A stretch of 41,231 nucleotides of DNA, taken from the NCBI GenBank assembly GCA_964471415.1, contig CAYYHF010000001.1:1-41231 (forward strand), given 5' to 3'. A model generated the notes under the pieces. It ran no database searches. It was not told the DNA's origin and was given only the letters and a program-made list of their open reading frames with translations. The translations under genes and the position numbers were made by a program. This document shows positions 1 through 8,169 of the stretch, in pieces. The stretch comes from an uncultured Clostridia bacterium. GTDB taxonomy: Bacteria > Bacillota > DTU025. The number at the start of each line of letters is the position of its first letter. Position 1 is the first letter of the stretch.

Positions 1-501
1 GGCGTGAGGGTGGCTGATACGGTAGCCGCCATAGTCAAAGCCGGCATTCCCGTAATGGGTCATATAGGCTTGACCCCTCAGAGCGCTTCGCAGTTGGGCG
101 GCTTCAGGGTTCAGGGGAAGGACTTCTCCGCAGCCCAGAAGCTACTTGACGATGCTCTGGCTCTTCAGGAAGCAGGGGCTTTCTGTGTAGTGCTTGAGGC
201 CATGCCAAACCCAGTGGCTCGCATAATCACCGAACGGCTCACCATTCCGACCATGGGAATAGGGGCCGGTCCCTATTGCGATGCTCAGGTCCTGGTAATG
301 CACGACCTTCTGGGCATGTTCGATCGGTTCGTGCCTAAGTTCGTCAAGCAGTATGCTCAGATAGGCAAAGATGTGGTCGCTGCTCTTGCGCAGTACGACA
401 CAGAGGTGAAGACCGGGGTATTCCCAGACGAGAACTACAGCTACCACGTGAGTGAGGACGCGGAACGCGGAATCTTGGAGCATTTCAAGAAGACCAAGTA
501 G
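1..501 (+). CDS. panB: 3-methyl-2-oxobutanoate hydroxymethyltransferase (ketopantoate hydroxymethyltransferase), C-terminal part; 5' end lies outside the window
   Basis: Frame-1 ORF is open from the window edge. The translation contains GHIGLTPQS, GGFRVQGK, LVLEAMP and IPTMGIGAGPYCDAQVLVMHD, which align with the C-terminal half of PanB as I recall it from E. coli (GHLGLTPQS, IGIGAG, QILVMHD). Confidence 0.9.
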   Translation, partial: GVRVADTVAAIVKAGIPVMGHIGLTPQSASQLGGFRVQGKDFSAAQKLLDDALALQEAGAFCVVLEAMPNPVARIITERLTIPTMGIGAGPYCDAQVLVMHDLLGMFDRFVPKFVKQYAQIGKDVVAALAQYDTEVKTGVFPDENYSYHVSEDAERGILEHFKKTK

Positions 502-543
502 GTCGCACTCTGACGGACAGGGCGCCGATGCGCAATCTTCTGG

Positions 544-583
544 AGATGGCTCGTACTCCGCTTACGAGCCATCTGTTCTCGTT
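544..583 (+). terminator. Candidate intrinsic terminator of panB: 12-bp perfect hairpin with a partly T-rich tail
   Basis: AGATGGCTCGTA (544-555) pairs perfectly with TACGAGCCATCT (563-574) around a 7-nt loop, followed by GTTCTCGTT. It lies 43 nt after the panB stop. The tail is not a clean U-tract, so confidence is moderate. Confidence 0.4.
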
Positions 584-674
584 GAAGACGAAGTCCGGGA
601 AGGGATTAGCGTCTTCGAGTCGAATGTGAATTAATGTACTATACCTTAACCACACGGGAAGGCGGTTATGTTCC

Positions 675-1781
675 GTGCAAGACTTGTGCGCCAGCGAGAA
701 GCAGTACAGGGTACTCGTAGTCAACACAGGATCTACCTCCACCAAGATCGCCATCTTCCACGGCCGCGAGCCAGTCTACTTCGAGAGCATTCGCCATCCC
801 GGGAGCGAACTTGCAGGGTTTGCAGCGATCTGGGACCAGCTGGAATACAGGCGCAATGCCATCGTGGCCAGCCTAGATGCACACGGATGCGACCTGCGCG
901 CGCTGGATGCGGCGGTATCCCGGGGCGGCGCGCCCATGGCCATGCGCGGCGGCACATACGTGATCAGCCAGGCCATGCTTGACGACTTGCGCTACAGACC
1001 AGCCACAGAGCACGCGGCCAACCTATCTCCTCCCATAGCCTACGCCATCGCGCAGCCTCTAGGAATTCCGGCCTATTTTGCAGACCCCATTACTGTTGAC
1101 GAGTTCGAGCCCCTCGCCAGGCTTTCGGGCCTTCCGGAGGTTCGGCGGCAGTCTCGGCTACATGCCCTCTCAATCCGGAGCACTGCGCGCAAAGCCGCGA
1201 CTGAGTTGGGTCGGGCTCTGAGCGATGTCAATATCATCGTGGCCCACCTGGGCAGCGGAATATCGATATGCCCCGTGAAAGCCGGGTCGATGGTGGATGC
1301 AAACGGCGCTGACGATGAAGGGCCTTTCTCGCCCGAACGCGCCGGCAGCTTGCCCATGGCGAGTCTGGTGACCTTGTGCTACTCGGGCCAGTATACACAG
1401 GACGAGCTGATAGCCAAGATAACCCGACGAGCGGGGCTATGCGGTCACCTGGGCACCACCGATGCCCAGAAAGTCGAGAAGATGATCCAGGCGGGCGATT
1501 CACACGCTCTCGAGGTCGCGCAGGCCATGTCGTATCAGATCGCCAAGGAGATAGGAGCGATGGCCACGGTGCTCAGCGGATCGGTTGATGCGATTGCGCT
1601 CACCGGCGGGCTGGCTTCCTGGAAACGACTTGTCGATGATGTGACTGCCCGCTGCCGGTTTATCGCGCCCATCATGGCTTTTCCGGGAGAAAATGAGATG
1701 GAGGCCCTGGCCGTCAGCGCCTTGCTAGTTCTCGAGGGCCGGGAGGAAGCGGCCCAGTACGGCGCTCGCTCGGTGCAGTAG
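675..1781 (+). CDS. buk: butyrate (branched-chain fatty acid) kinase, paralog 1
   Basis: 368-aa ORF with a GTG start. It has the ASKHA phosphate-1 motif VLVVNTGSTSTKIAIF, plus AHLGSGISI, EGPFSPERAG, TGGLA and FPGENEMEALA. This is the typical butyrate kinase architecture and length. Confidence 0.88.
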   Translation: MQDLCASEKQYRVLVVNTGSTSTKIAIFHGREPVYFESIRHPGSELAGFAAIWDQLEYRRNAIVASLDAHGCDLRALDAAVSRGGAPMAMRGGTYVISQAMLDDLRYRPATEHAANLSPPIAYAIAQPLGIPAYFADPITVDEFEPLARLSGLPEVRRQSRLHALSIRSTARKAATELGRALSDVNIIVAHLGSGISICPVKAGSMVDANGADDEGPFSPERAGSLPMASLVTLCYSGQYTQDELIAKITRRAGLCGHLGTTDAQKVEKMIQAGDSHALEVAQAMSYQIAKEIGAMATVLSGSVDAIALTGGLASWKRLVDDVTARCRFIAPIMAFPGENEMEALAVSALLVLEGREEAAQYGARSVQ

Positions 1782-1798
1782 CAGAGGAGGTAGATACG

Positions 1799-2698
1799 AT
1801 GCTGACAACCTTCGATCAAGTTGTAGCATGCGCGAAAGAACGCAGATCGGCGCGGGTTGCCGTAGCGGCGGCGCAAGACCGCGAGGTGCTGGAAGCCGTC
1901 AAGATGGCGATCCAGATTGGAATGGGCGATTTCACACTGGTAGGCGATGCCCGCCGGATAGCGGACGTGGCTTCTGAAATCGGCCTTGACGTCTCCAATG
2001 CCGAGATTCTGGATGAACCGGACGGCCCGAGCGCGGCCCGGCGCGCGGTCAGCCTGGTGAGTTCGGGCAAGGCAGGCATTCTGATGAAGGGGCTCATACC
2101 CACGGCCCAGTTCCTCAAGGCCGTTCTCGACCGCGAGGTGGGCCTGCGAACCGGCAGGCTTCTCAGCCACGTAGCGGTGTTCAAGTCTCCCCGGTACGAT
2201 AGGTTCTTCTACCTGACCGATGGGGCCATGGTAGTAGCTCCCACGCTGGAGGAGAAGGCGCAGATCATTGAGAACGCTGTGGGTGTGGCGCACAAGCTTG
2301 GAAATGAAACACCCAAGGTAGCTTGCGTAGCCGCCGTCGAGGTGGTAAATCCGGCGATGCCTGAAACCTTGGAAGCGGCGGCCCTGGCCAAGATGAGCGA
2401 CAGAGGCCAGATCAAGGGCTGCATAGTCGATGGTCCGCTTGGCCTCGACAACGCAGTATCCGCGGAGTCCGCAAAGCACAAGGGCGTGGGAGGTCCGGTA
2501 GCAGGCCGGGCGGATATCATCCTCGCGCCCGACATTGCTGCAGGCAACGCCATATACAAGACCATGGTCTATTTCGGCGACATCGAAGCCGCGGCGCTGG
2601 TCGCGGGAGCTAGAGCGCCGATAGTCCTTACATCCAGATCTGACTCTCCCAGAGCCAGGCTGCTTTCGCTGGCCTGCGCCATAGTGACATCGGAGTGA
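1799..2698 (+). CDS. ptb: phosphate butyryltransferase (phosphate acyltransferase family)
   Basis: 299-aa ORF with RBS GAGGAGG 8 nt upstream of the ATG. Motifs LMKGLIPTA, YLTDGAMVVAPT, GRADIILAPDIAAGNAIYK and PIVLTSRSDS are typical of Ptb/Pta-type enzymes. It is flanked by butyrate kinase genes. Confidence 0.85.
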   Translation: MLTTFDQVVACAKERRSARVAVAAAQDREVLEAVKMAIQIGMGDFTLVGDARRIADVASEIGLDVSNAEILDEPDGPSAARRAVSLVSSGKAGILMKGLIPTAQFLKAVLDREVGLRTGRLLSHVAVFKSPRYDRFFYLTDGAMVVAPTLEEKAQIIENAVGVAHKLGNETPKVACVAAVEVVNPAMPETLEAAALAKMSDRGQIKGCIVDGPLGLDNAVSAESAKHKGVGGPVAGRADIILAPDIAAGNAIYKTMVYFGDIEAAALVAGARAPIVLTSRSDSPRARLLSLACAIVTSE

Positions 2699-2713
2699 AG
2701 GGAGGCGGCTCAT

Positions 2714-3817
2714 GTGCGCGACCCAAAGCTGCTTGTGATCAACCCCGGCTCCACATCGACTAAAGTCGCCATTTTCCAGGGCGAGCAGGTTCGGGCCTCT
2801 GAGACATTACGGCACGATGCCGGAGCAATCGCCGCATTCCCGCGGATCTTCGACCAGTTCGACATGAGGAAGGAGGCAGTGTATCAATTCCTGGCCAGGG
2901 CCGGTTTCACCGCGAATCAGCTCTCCGCGGTGATGGGCCGCGGCGGCGTCTTGCCGCCTGTGGAGGGAGGCGTCTACGCTGTCGACGAAGCGATGGTCGA
3001 GGCCCTCTATGAGCACGGGTGGAACCATGCGTCCAGCTTAGGCGGTCTCATAGCTCACGACATCGCAGGTTCAGCCAACATCCCGGCTTTTATAGCCGAT
3101 CCGGTCACAACGGATGAGCTTGACGACATCGCTCGCTACACAGGGCTGCCCGAGGTCGAACGGAGGAGCGTTTTCCATGCGCTCAACCAGAAGGCCGTGG
3201 CTCGACAGGCCGCGGACGCCTTGGGGCGCAACTACAGCGACTGCGATTTCATCGTTGTGCATCTCGGAGGCGGAATCAGCGTAGGCGGACACAGGAACGG
3301 TCGGGTGGTAGAAGTGAGCAACGCACTCGATGGCGAGGGCCCGTATTCGCCTGAGCGCTCAGGAACGCTGCCCACCACCGGGCTGATCAGGCTGTGTTTT
3401 GCCGGCAAGTACACCGAACGGGAAATGCGAAGGAAGATCACTGGGCAAGGCGGGCTAGTAGCCTATTTGGGTACAAACTCGCTGCTGGATGTGGAGAAGA
3501 GGATCGCGGAAGGCGACGAACAAGCCAAGCTGTGTTACGAAGGAATGGCTTACCAGGTGGCCAAGGAGATCGGACGAGTTGCGTGCGCAATGTCAGGCAA
3601 AGTCGACGCCATCGTCATCACTGGAGGCGCTGCGAACTCCAAGATGCTGGTGGAGTGGATAGCTGACCGAATCAAGTTCATCGCCAAGGTACTGGTCTAC
3701 CCGGGCGAGGAGGAGATGCTGGCCTTGGCCAGAGCGGCCCTTCGGGCTTTGGCCGGCATCGAGGAAGTCAAGCGCTTACCGCAGCCCCAAGCCACCATAG
3801 AATCGCATGCAGAATAA
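2714..3817 (+). CDS. buk: butyrate (branched-chain fatty acid) kinase, paralog 2
   Basis: 367-aa ORF with a GTG start 8 nt after GGAGG. Motifs are LLVINPGSTSTKVAIF, VHLGGGISVG, GEGPYSPERSG, ITGGAA and YPGEEEMLALA. It is closer to the canonical Buk consensus than paralog 1. Confidence 0.9.
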   Translation: MRDPKLLVINPGSTSTKVAIFQGEQVRASETLRHDAGAIAAFPRIFDQFDMRKEAVYQFLARAGFTANQLSAVMGRGGVLPPVEGGVYAVDEAMVEALYEHGWNHASSLGGLIAHDIAGSANIPAFIADPVTTDELDDIARYTGLPEVERRSVFHALNQKAVARQAADALGRNYSDCDFIVVHLGGGISVGGHRNGRVVEVSNALDGEGPYSPERSGTLPTTGLIRLCFAGKYTEREMRRKITGQGGLVAYLGTNSLLDVEKRIAEGDEQAKLCYEGMAYQVAKEIGRVACAMSGKVDAIVITGGAANSKMLVEWIADRIKFIAKVLVYPGEEEMLALARAALRALAGIEEVKRLPQPQATIESHAE

Positions 3818-3845
3818 CGCAGTAGGAGGAGGCGGCCCGTCATTC

Positions 3846-4052
3846 ATGAGCAAAGTGGTATTTGATGAGGCAAAGTGCAAAGGCTGCAACATATGTGTGC
3901 ACTTCTGCCCCAAGAAGGCGATCCAGATGGCCGACAGGATCAACGCCAAGGGGTATCATCCAGCCTATCTTGCCGACGAAGACGCTTGTACATCATGCGG
4001 TACGTGCGGTCGGATGTGCCCAGACGCAGTCATCGAAGTATTCAAACCCTGA
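3846..4052 (+). CDS. 4Fe-4S dicluster ferredoxin-like delta subunit of 2-oxoacid:ferredoxin oxidoreductase
   Basis: MSKVVFDEAKCKGCNICVHFCP...CTSCGTCGRMCP carries two CxxCxxCxxxCP cluster motifs in about 68 aa. It sits immediately upstream of the alpha subunit. The ORF-track start at 3807 overlaps buk2, so the ATG at 3846 is preferred. Confidence 0.8.
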   Translation: MSKVVFDEAKCKGCNICVHFCPKKAIQMADRINAKGYHPAYLADEDACTSCGTCGRMCPDAVIEVFKP

Positions 4053-4066
4053 GGAGGGCAGTATGC

Positions 4067-5137
4067 ATGGCAGAACGTAAACTATTCAAAGGCAACGAAG
4101 CCGTTGCTGAGGCCGCTGTCAGGGCCGGATGTCGTTTCTTCTTCGGGTATCCGATCACGCCGCAAAACGAGATACCGGAGTATATGTCCCGAAGGCTCCC
4201 TGAAGTAGGCGGCGTGTTCTTGCAGGCGGAGAGCGAAGTCGCGGCCATCAACATGGTCTACGGCGCCGCCGGCGCCGGCGCCCGCGTGATGACATCGTCT
4301 TCGAGTCCAGGAATCAGCCTCAAGCAGGAAGGAATCTCCTACATCGCCGGCGCCGAGCTTCCGTGCCTTATCGTAAACATGATGCGCGGAGGACCTGGGC
4401 TCGGCGGTATTCAGCCTGCCCAGAGCGACTACTTTCAGGCCGTCAAGGGCGGCGGACACGGCGACTATCACTGCATCGTCTTCGCGCCGGCATCGGTACA
4501 GGAGATGGTAGATCTCACCATGAACGCCTTCAATGTGGGCGAGAAGTATCGGATGCCGGTGATGATACTGGGCGATGGAGTCTTGGGCCAGATGATGGAA
4601 CCGGTGGAGTTTCCCGATCCCGCGCCCGCGGATCGTCCGGTTCCCGATTGGGCTACCACCGGGGCGCGCGATAGACGGGACACCAGGCTGATCAACTCGA
4701 TCTACATCAAACCCGATGATCTTCTCCGTCACAACCATAAGCTACAGGCCAGGTACGAGCAGGTCGAGCGCGACGAGGTCAGATGGGAGACAGTCAATAC
4801 TGACGATGCCGACATCGTATTGGTAGCATACGGCACTTCCGCCAGGGTATGCAGATCGGCGATGGACAGGGCACGCTCGGAGGGTCTGCGTGTAGGCCTG
4901 TTGCGGCCGATCACGGTGTCGCCCTTCCCGTACCAAGCCATAGCCGATGTAGCGCGCACTGCCCGGGCCTTCCTTGCCGTGGAGATGAGCATGGGCCAGA
5001 TGGTCGAGGACGTCAAGTTGGGCGCCTTGGGAGCCGCGCCCGTGTATTTCTACGGTACTCCCGGCGGGATCGTGCCCACGGCGGCGGCGATAGCTGAAGA
5101 GATACGCAAGATCGCCAAGGCGGAGGTGGGAAAATGA
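4067..5137 (+). CDS. vorB: 2-oxoacid (2-ketoisovalerate-type):ferredoxin oxidoreductase alpha subunit
   Basis: The ATG at 4067 is preceded by GAGGAGGG at 4051-4058. [36 protein letters not shown] and the following sequence match the N-terminus of OFOR alpha (VorB/KorA) subunits. The 420-aa track ORF from 3875 is an out-of-context upstream extension. Confidence 0.88.
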   Translation: MAERKLFKGNEAVAEAAVRAGCRFFFGYPITPQNEIPEYMSRRLPEVGGVFLQAESEVAAINMVYGAAGAGARVMTSSSSPGISLKQEGISYIAGAELPCLIVNMMRGGPGLGGIQPAQSDYFQAVKGGGHGDYHCIVFAPASVQEMVDLTMNAFNVGEKYRMPVMILGDGVLGQMMEPVEFPDPAPADRPVPDWATTGARDRRDTRLINSIYIKPDDLLRHNHKLQARYEQVERDEVRWETVNTDDADIVLVAYGTSARVCRSAMDRARSEGLRVGLLRPITVSPFPYQAIADVARTARAFLAVEMSMGQMVEDVKLGALGAAPVYFYGTPGGIVPTAAAIAEEIRKIAKAEVGK

Positions 5138-5889
5138 AGCAGGTATACGCAGTTCCCAAGTCTCTGCAACCGCGGGCAACGCACTACTGCCCAGGTTGCA
5201 CTCACGGGATCGCCCACAAACTAGTAGCAGAAACTATCGACGAGCTGGGCGTGCGCGACCGCACCGTGGGCGTGGCTCCAGTCGGGTGCGCGGTGTTCGC
5301 CTACGACTACTTCGATTGCGATTTCCAGCAGGCCTCCCACGGCAGGGCGCCCGCAGTCGCCACCGGTATCAGACGGGCTCTGCCTGACGCCGTGGTCTTC
5401 GCATACCAGGGCGATGGCGACCTGGCCTCCATAGGCGCGGCTGAAATTGTCCACGCCGCCATGAGGGGAGAGCACATCACTGTCATATTCATCAATAACG
5501 CAATCTACGGTATGACCGGAGGGCAGATGGCCCCCACAACGCTCGTAGGTCAAAAAACAACCACGTCTCCTGCAGGCCGACGGATGGAGCATGCGGGAAG
5601 CCCCATTCGTATCGCGGAAATGTTGGCGACAATCCCCGGAAGCGCCTACATCGCGCGCGTTGCACTTTCGTCGCCAGCGCACGTTAATCGGGCCAAGCGC
5701 GCCATCAGGAAGGCCTTCGATGCGCAGCTGGCGGGGGCGGGGTTCTCGCTTGTGGAATGCCTATCCACTTGTCCGACTAACTGGGGCATGGCTCCCATCG
5801 AGGCCATGAAGTGGCTCGAGGAAAACATGATACCCTACTATCCGTTGGGCGAGTTCCGCACTCCGGAAGGAGGCGGTAGTAATGGCTGA
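5134..5889 (+). CDS. 2-oxoacid:ferredoxin oxidoreductase beta subunit (TPP-binding)
   Basis: ATGA overlap with the alpha subunit. It has the cysteine motif YCPGCTHG and the TPP-binding stretch [12 protein letters not shown]...[11 protein letters not shown]. Confidence 0.9.
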   Translation: MKQVYAVPKSLQPRATHYCPGCTHGIAHKLVAETIDELGVRDRTVGVAPVGCAVFAYDYFDCDFQQASHGRAPAVATGIRRALPDAVVFAYQGDGDLASIGAAEIVHAAMRGEHITVIFINNAIYGMTGGQMAPTTLVGQKTTTSPAGRRMEHAGSPIRIAEMLATIPGSAYIARVALSSPAHVNRAKRAIRKAFDAQLAGAGFSLVECLSTCPTNWGMAPIEAMKWLEENMIPYYPLGEFRTPEGGGSNG

Positions 5890-6421
5890 GGAACTGACCA
5901 TCGCAGGATTCGGCGGTCAGGGAGTAATGGTTATGGGGCAACTCCTGTCCTACGCGGGCATGCGTGAGGGCAAGAACGTCTCGTGGATACCTGCCTATGG
6001 TCCGGAAATGCGGGGAGGCACGGCCAACTGCTCTGTCGTGATATCGGAGGAGCCCATCGGATCGCCGATAGTAACCGAACCCACAACGGCTATCGTAATG
6101 AACAGGCCATCGATGGACCGGTTTGAGTCGGCAGTGAGGCCCGGCGGACTGCTCATCTACAACAGCTCGCTGATCGACAGAAAGCCGGAGCGAACCGACA
6201 TCAGGATAATCGCCGTTCCGGCCGTCGAGATTGCCCGGGAAGTCGGGTCCGACAGAGTGGCCAACATGTGCGTTCTGGGAACGTACGTGGCGGCCACGGG
6301 AGTAGTCTCCTTCGAATCGGTGGCAGAGTGCCTCAAAGAGGTCTTGCCTGAGCGAAGGCACAACCTGATTCCGCTAAATATCGAGGCGATCAAGCGAGGC
6401 GCGGAGCTGGCGAAAGCGTAG
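5882..6421 (+). CDS. 2-oxoacid:ferredoxin oxidoreductase gamma subunit
   Basis: 179 aa. [16 protein letters not shown]...[17 protein letters not shown] is the signature of OFOR gamma subunits. It overlaps the beta stop by 8 nt. Confidence 0.9.
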   Translation: MAEELTIAGFGGQGVMVMGQLLSYAGMREGKNVSWIPAYGPEMRGGTANCSVVISEEPIGSPIVTEPTTAIVMNRPSMDRFESAVRPGGLLIYNSSLIDRKPERTDIRIIAVPAVEIAREVGSDRVANMCVLGTYVAATGVVSFESVAECLKEVLPERRHNLIPLNIEAIKRGAELAKA

Positions 6422-6504
6422 TTCACAAGCCGGCCCGACACAAGCCATGCAGTTGTGCTCTTGCCGCTTCTCTCGGGACATGATACCCGAGGGGGGATGA
6501 CGCG

Positions 6505-7593
6505 GTGATCAATGCACAAGTCGCACAGGTGACGCGGGTCACACTGGAGGCGCCTGGCATCCAGGAGTTAGTGGTAGCCATGCACGATGGGGCGGAGTGC
6601 CCGGCTGTATGCTACCCGCCGCTGACCGGGCCTGTGTACCCCAAAGACAGGGTAATCGTGAACACCACCGCTGTCGATCTGGGCTTGGGAAGCGGCGGAC
6701 GTCACTTCGTGATTTGGGCGATTGGTCGCGATGAGCGCCGTGGGCGATCCTGCGGCCGCATCATGAAGATGAGATACACACCGATGCAAGCATGCACGGG
6801 AAGCTACGAGGAAGACGGCTCAACCTGCGCGGCAGTAAGCGCCTTTGCAGGCCTGGCCGGAATGCCCGTGATCATCTGCGAACTCCATTCCATGCTTGCG
6901 CCGGCTGCATGTGGATTCACAGGCAAGGCCGCCTATATCATGACTGATGGGGCGGCCTTGCCCATTGCCATGAGCCGGTCAGTTCGCGAGCTGAAGCAGT
7001 CGGGGCTGATCGATGTCACGATAACAGCCGGGCACGCCTTCGGCGGCGATCTGGAGGCCGTCAACGTCCATTCGGCATTGGTTGCGGCCACGGCAGTGGC
7101 AAAATGCGATTGCGCCATCGTCGCAATGGGGCCGGGCATTGTGGGAACAGGCACCCGCTACGGATTCTCCGGCGTGGAGCAGGGATGGATTGCAGACGCA
7201 GTCACCAAGATGGGGGGACGGCCCATCATCGTTCCGCGCCTGTCGAGGAAGGATCCCAGATCGCGCCATCAGGTGGTAAGTCACCACACGCTGACGGTGC
7301 TGCGGGATATATGCTGTACCTCTGTAACGTGCGTGCTGGCATCGGATATGGACCCCAAGTTTCAGGAAGAGGCGCGGGAGCGATTGGCCGATGCCGTCTG
7401 CCGGGGCGTGCATACGCTCGTGTCGGCTACAGGAAGCGAAGGCGTAGAGCGAGCATTCATGCAGGGTATCGGGCTTTCCACTATGGGCCGCGCGTTCGAA
7501 GAAGAGCCGGAGTTCTTCTTGACGTCTGCGGCAGCCGGGAACTACGCCAAGGCCATCGCCGCACGCGCGCGTGCCTTGTGTCAGGAGAAGTGA
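6505..7593 (+). CDS. DUF3866 family protein (function unknown)
   Basis: 362-aa ORF with a GTG start after GAGGGGGG. The length and the motif NTTAVDLGLGSGGRHFV match my recollection of DUF3866 proteins of Firmicutes. The assignment is from memory and needs an HMM check. Confidence 0.55.
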   Translation: MINAQVAQVTRVTLEAPGIQELVVAMHDGAECPAVCYPPLTGPVYPKDRVIVNTTAVDLGLGSGGRHFVIWAIGRDERRGRSCGRIMKMRYTPMQACTGSYEEDGSTCAAVSAFAGLAGMPVIICELHSMLAPAACGFTGKAAYIMTDGAALPIAMSRSVRELKQSGLIDVTITAGHAFGGDLEAVNVHSALVAATAVAKCDCAIVAMGPGIVGTGTRYGFSGVEQGWIADAVTKMGGRPIIVPRLSRKDPRSRHQVVSHHTLTVLRDICCTSVTCVLASDMDPKFQEEARERLADAVCRGVHTLVSATGSEGVERAFMQGIGLSTMGRAFEEEPEFFLTSAAAGNYAKAIAARARALCQEK

Positions 7594-7608
7594 GGTTAGA
7601 GGATACCG

Positions 7609-8169
7609 ATGTTTTATGAGACGCCTGTCAAGCGACGTGAGGTGTTCGGAGGAAAGATCGTCACTTTGTACGAAGACACGGTGGTTCTTCCCAATGGGCG
7701 GCGTGCTAGCCGGGAGGTGGTTCACACGCGCGACTCGGTAGGCATCGTTCCCGTTACGTCCGATGGCGATCTGGTCATGGTGTGGCAGTACAGGCATGCG
7801 GCCGCTCGGGAGCTTCTGGAGATCCCCGCAGGCAGAATAGATCCGGGGGAATCTCCGGAAGAAGCAGCCCGCCGCGAGCTTGGCGAGGAGACCGGATATG
7901 AGGCGCTGGAGCTGACGCGCATCGCTGGCTTCTACCTGGCAGTGGGGTTCGCCGACGAGTATATGCACCTGTTTGAGGCGGTCGTCCGTCCGGAAGGGGA
8001 TGCGCATCCGGACGACGACGAGTTCGTCCGCGTCGAGCTGGTGCCAACATCGCGTGTGCCGGAGATGATACAGCGCAGGGAGATAGAGGACCTAAAGACA
8101 TTAGCTGCGCTTGTGCATCTGGTATGGTCCCGCGACATCGGCCCGGAAGAAGCGACAGGATCACGATGA
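7609..8169 (+). CDS. nudF: NUDIX hydrolase, ADP-ribose pyrophosphatase type
   Basis: 186 aa with the Nudix box GRIDPGESPEEAARRELGEETGY (GX5EX7REUXEEXGU pattern). The layout resembles ADP-ribose pyrophosphatases. Confidence 0.85.
   Translation: MFYETPVKRREVFGGKIVTLYEDTVVLPNGRRASREVVHTRDSVGIVPVTSDGDLVMVWQYRHAAARELLEIPAGRIDPGESPEEAARRELGEETGYEALELTRIAGFYLAVGFADEYMHLFEAVVRPEGDAHPDDDEFVRVELVPTSRVPEMIQRREIEDLKTLAALVHLVWSRDIGPEEATGSR

Noticed and set aside
1535-2713. 392-aa ORF on the minus strand. Similar long antisense ORFs occur at 6979-8007, 14742-15431, 18071-18610, 22298-22993, 29952-31073 and 35230-36012.
   Set aside because: Each lies exactly antisense to a + strand gene with strong family motifs. 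Their translations are Arg/Pro/Gly/Ser-rich with no recognisable motifs, which is the expected artefact of stop-codon scarcity in GC-rich DNA.
3875-4066. N-terminal extensions of the longest + strand ORFs. Examples are 3875 for the OFOR alpha subunit, 15488 for sigF, 8124 for the EndoQ-like gene, 25834 for the flavoprotein, 33258 for DUF512 and 20347 for M50.
   Set aside because: The extensions overlap the preceding gene in another frame and encode Arg-rich nonsense. They are followed by an internal start with a proper SD and the expected family N-terminus.
6425-6447. Direct repeat CACAAGCC at 6425-6432 and 6440-6447, and a 6-bp hairpin CTCGGG/CCCGAG (6472-6491), between the OFOR gamma gene and DUF3866.
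   Set aside because: The elements are short and weak, with no U-tract. They are within what chance produces in GC-rich DNA, so they do not support a terminator or regulatory call.
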